Notes under the pieces: model-generated
The model's database searches: none
The model's input: the letters and a program-made list of their open reading frames with translations, nothing else
Told to the model about the DNA's origin: nothing
Shown: in pieces, positions 63,601-64,000 of the stretch
How positions within the stretch are numbered: position 1 is the first letter of the stretch
Layout: every line of letters begins with the position of its first letter
Origin: Lytechinus pictus
Lineage: Eukaryota
Assembly: GCF_037042905.1 (NCBI RefSeq)
Contig: NC_087249.1
Coordinates: 10,046,001 to 10,110,000, forward strand
DNA length: 64,000 nt
Direction of reading: 5' to 3'
Position numbers and translations under genes: made by a program

Positions 63601-63733
63601 TATCATATAATTTGTCTTTGAAGAGTTAATAACCCGAATTTTACAAGGGACCACTCTTCGACCCTATGTATTTCTACATTCAGGATAGAATTTAATTCGA
63701 CAATACTTTTACCCGACAACAGCTTTACCTTAA

Positions 63734-64000
63734 AGGTCAAGTCCACCCCAGAAAAATGTTGATTTGAATAAATAGAGAAAAAATATAGCATAACGCTGAA
63801 AATTTCATCAAAATCGGATGTAATAACTAAGAAAGTTATGACATTTTAAAGTTTCGCTAAAAGTTTTCACAAACAGTGATATGCACAACTCAGTGACATG
63901 CAAATGAGACAGTCGATGATGTCCCTCACTCGCTATTTCTTTTGTGTTTTTTTAATGTTTGAATTATACAATATTCAATTTTTTACAGATTTGACAATGA
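63734..64000. mobile_element. Kolobok-like MITE cut by the window end
   Basis: TTAA-aggtcaagtccacccc; colinear with 53251 onward. Confidence 0.85.

Overview
AT-rich eukaryotic genomic DNA, not prokaryotic. The repeat families suggest a marine invertebrate, probably a sea urchin (inference). The first 6.9 kb hold the last five coding exons of an ELL-family RNA polymerase II elongation factor gene (+ strand, 405 codons plus stop, ending in an occludin/ELL domain). A TE-poor ~10 kb stretch follows, probably a long 3' UTR, with a conspicuously self-complementary ~580 nt block at 9929-10508. From 20.7 to 28.6 kb there is a nested TE stack: a foldback MITE interrupted by a decayed full-length CR1/L2-type LINE (hydrophobic leader, 2A-like NPGP motif, PHD, APE, RT). 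The LINE is itself interrupted by a Helentron-associated (HINE/DINE-1-like) element and by a TA-TSD DNA element that carries a piggyBac-like fragment. The rest is dense in tRNA-derived SINEs, MITEs (TTAA/Kolobok-like, hAT-like, Harbinger-like, CAC-ended) and HINEs whose internal repeats are packed with AGGTCA half-sites. It also holds decayed or duplicated exons of unidentified genes and a 2.7 kb 15/30-bp satellite with higher-order structure. No CRISPR array, rRNA or intact tRNA gene was found. All coordinates were read by eye, and TE superfamily calls rest on termini and target-site duplications (TSDs) only.
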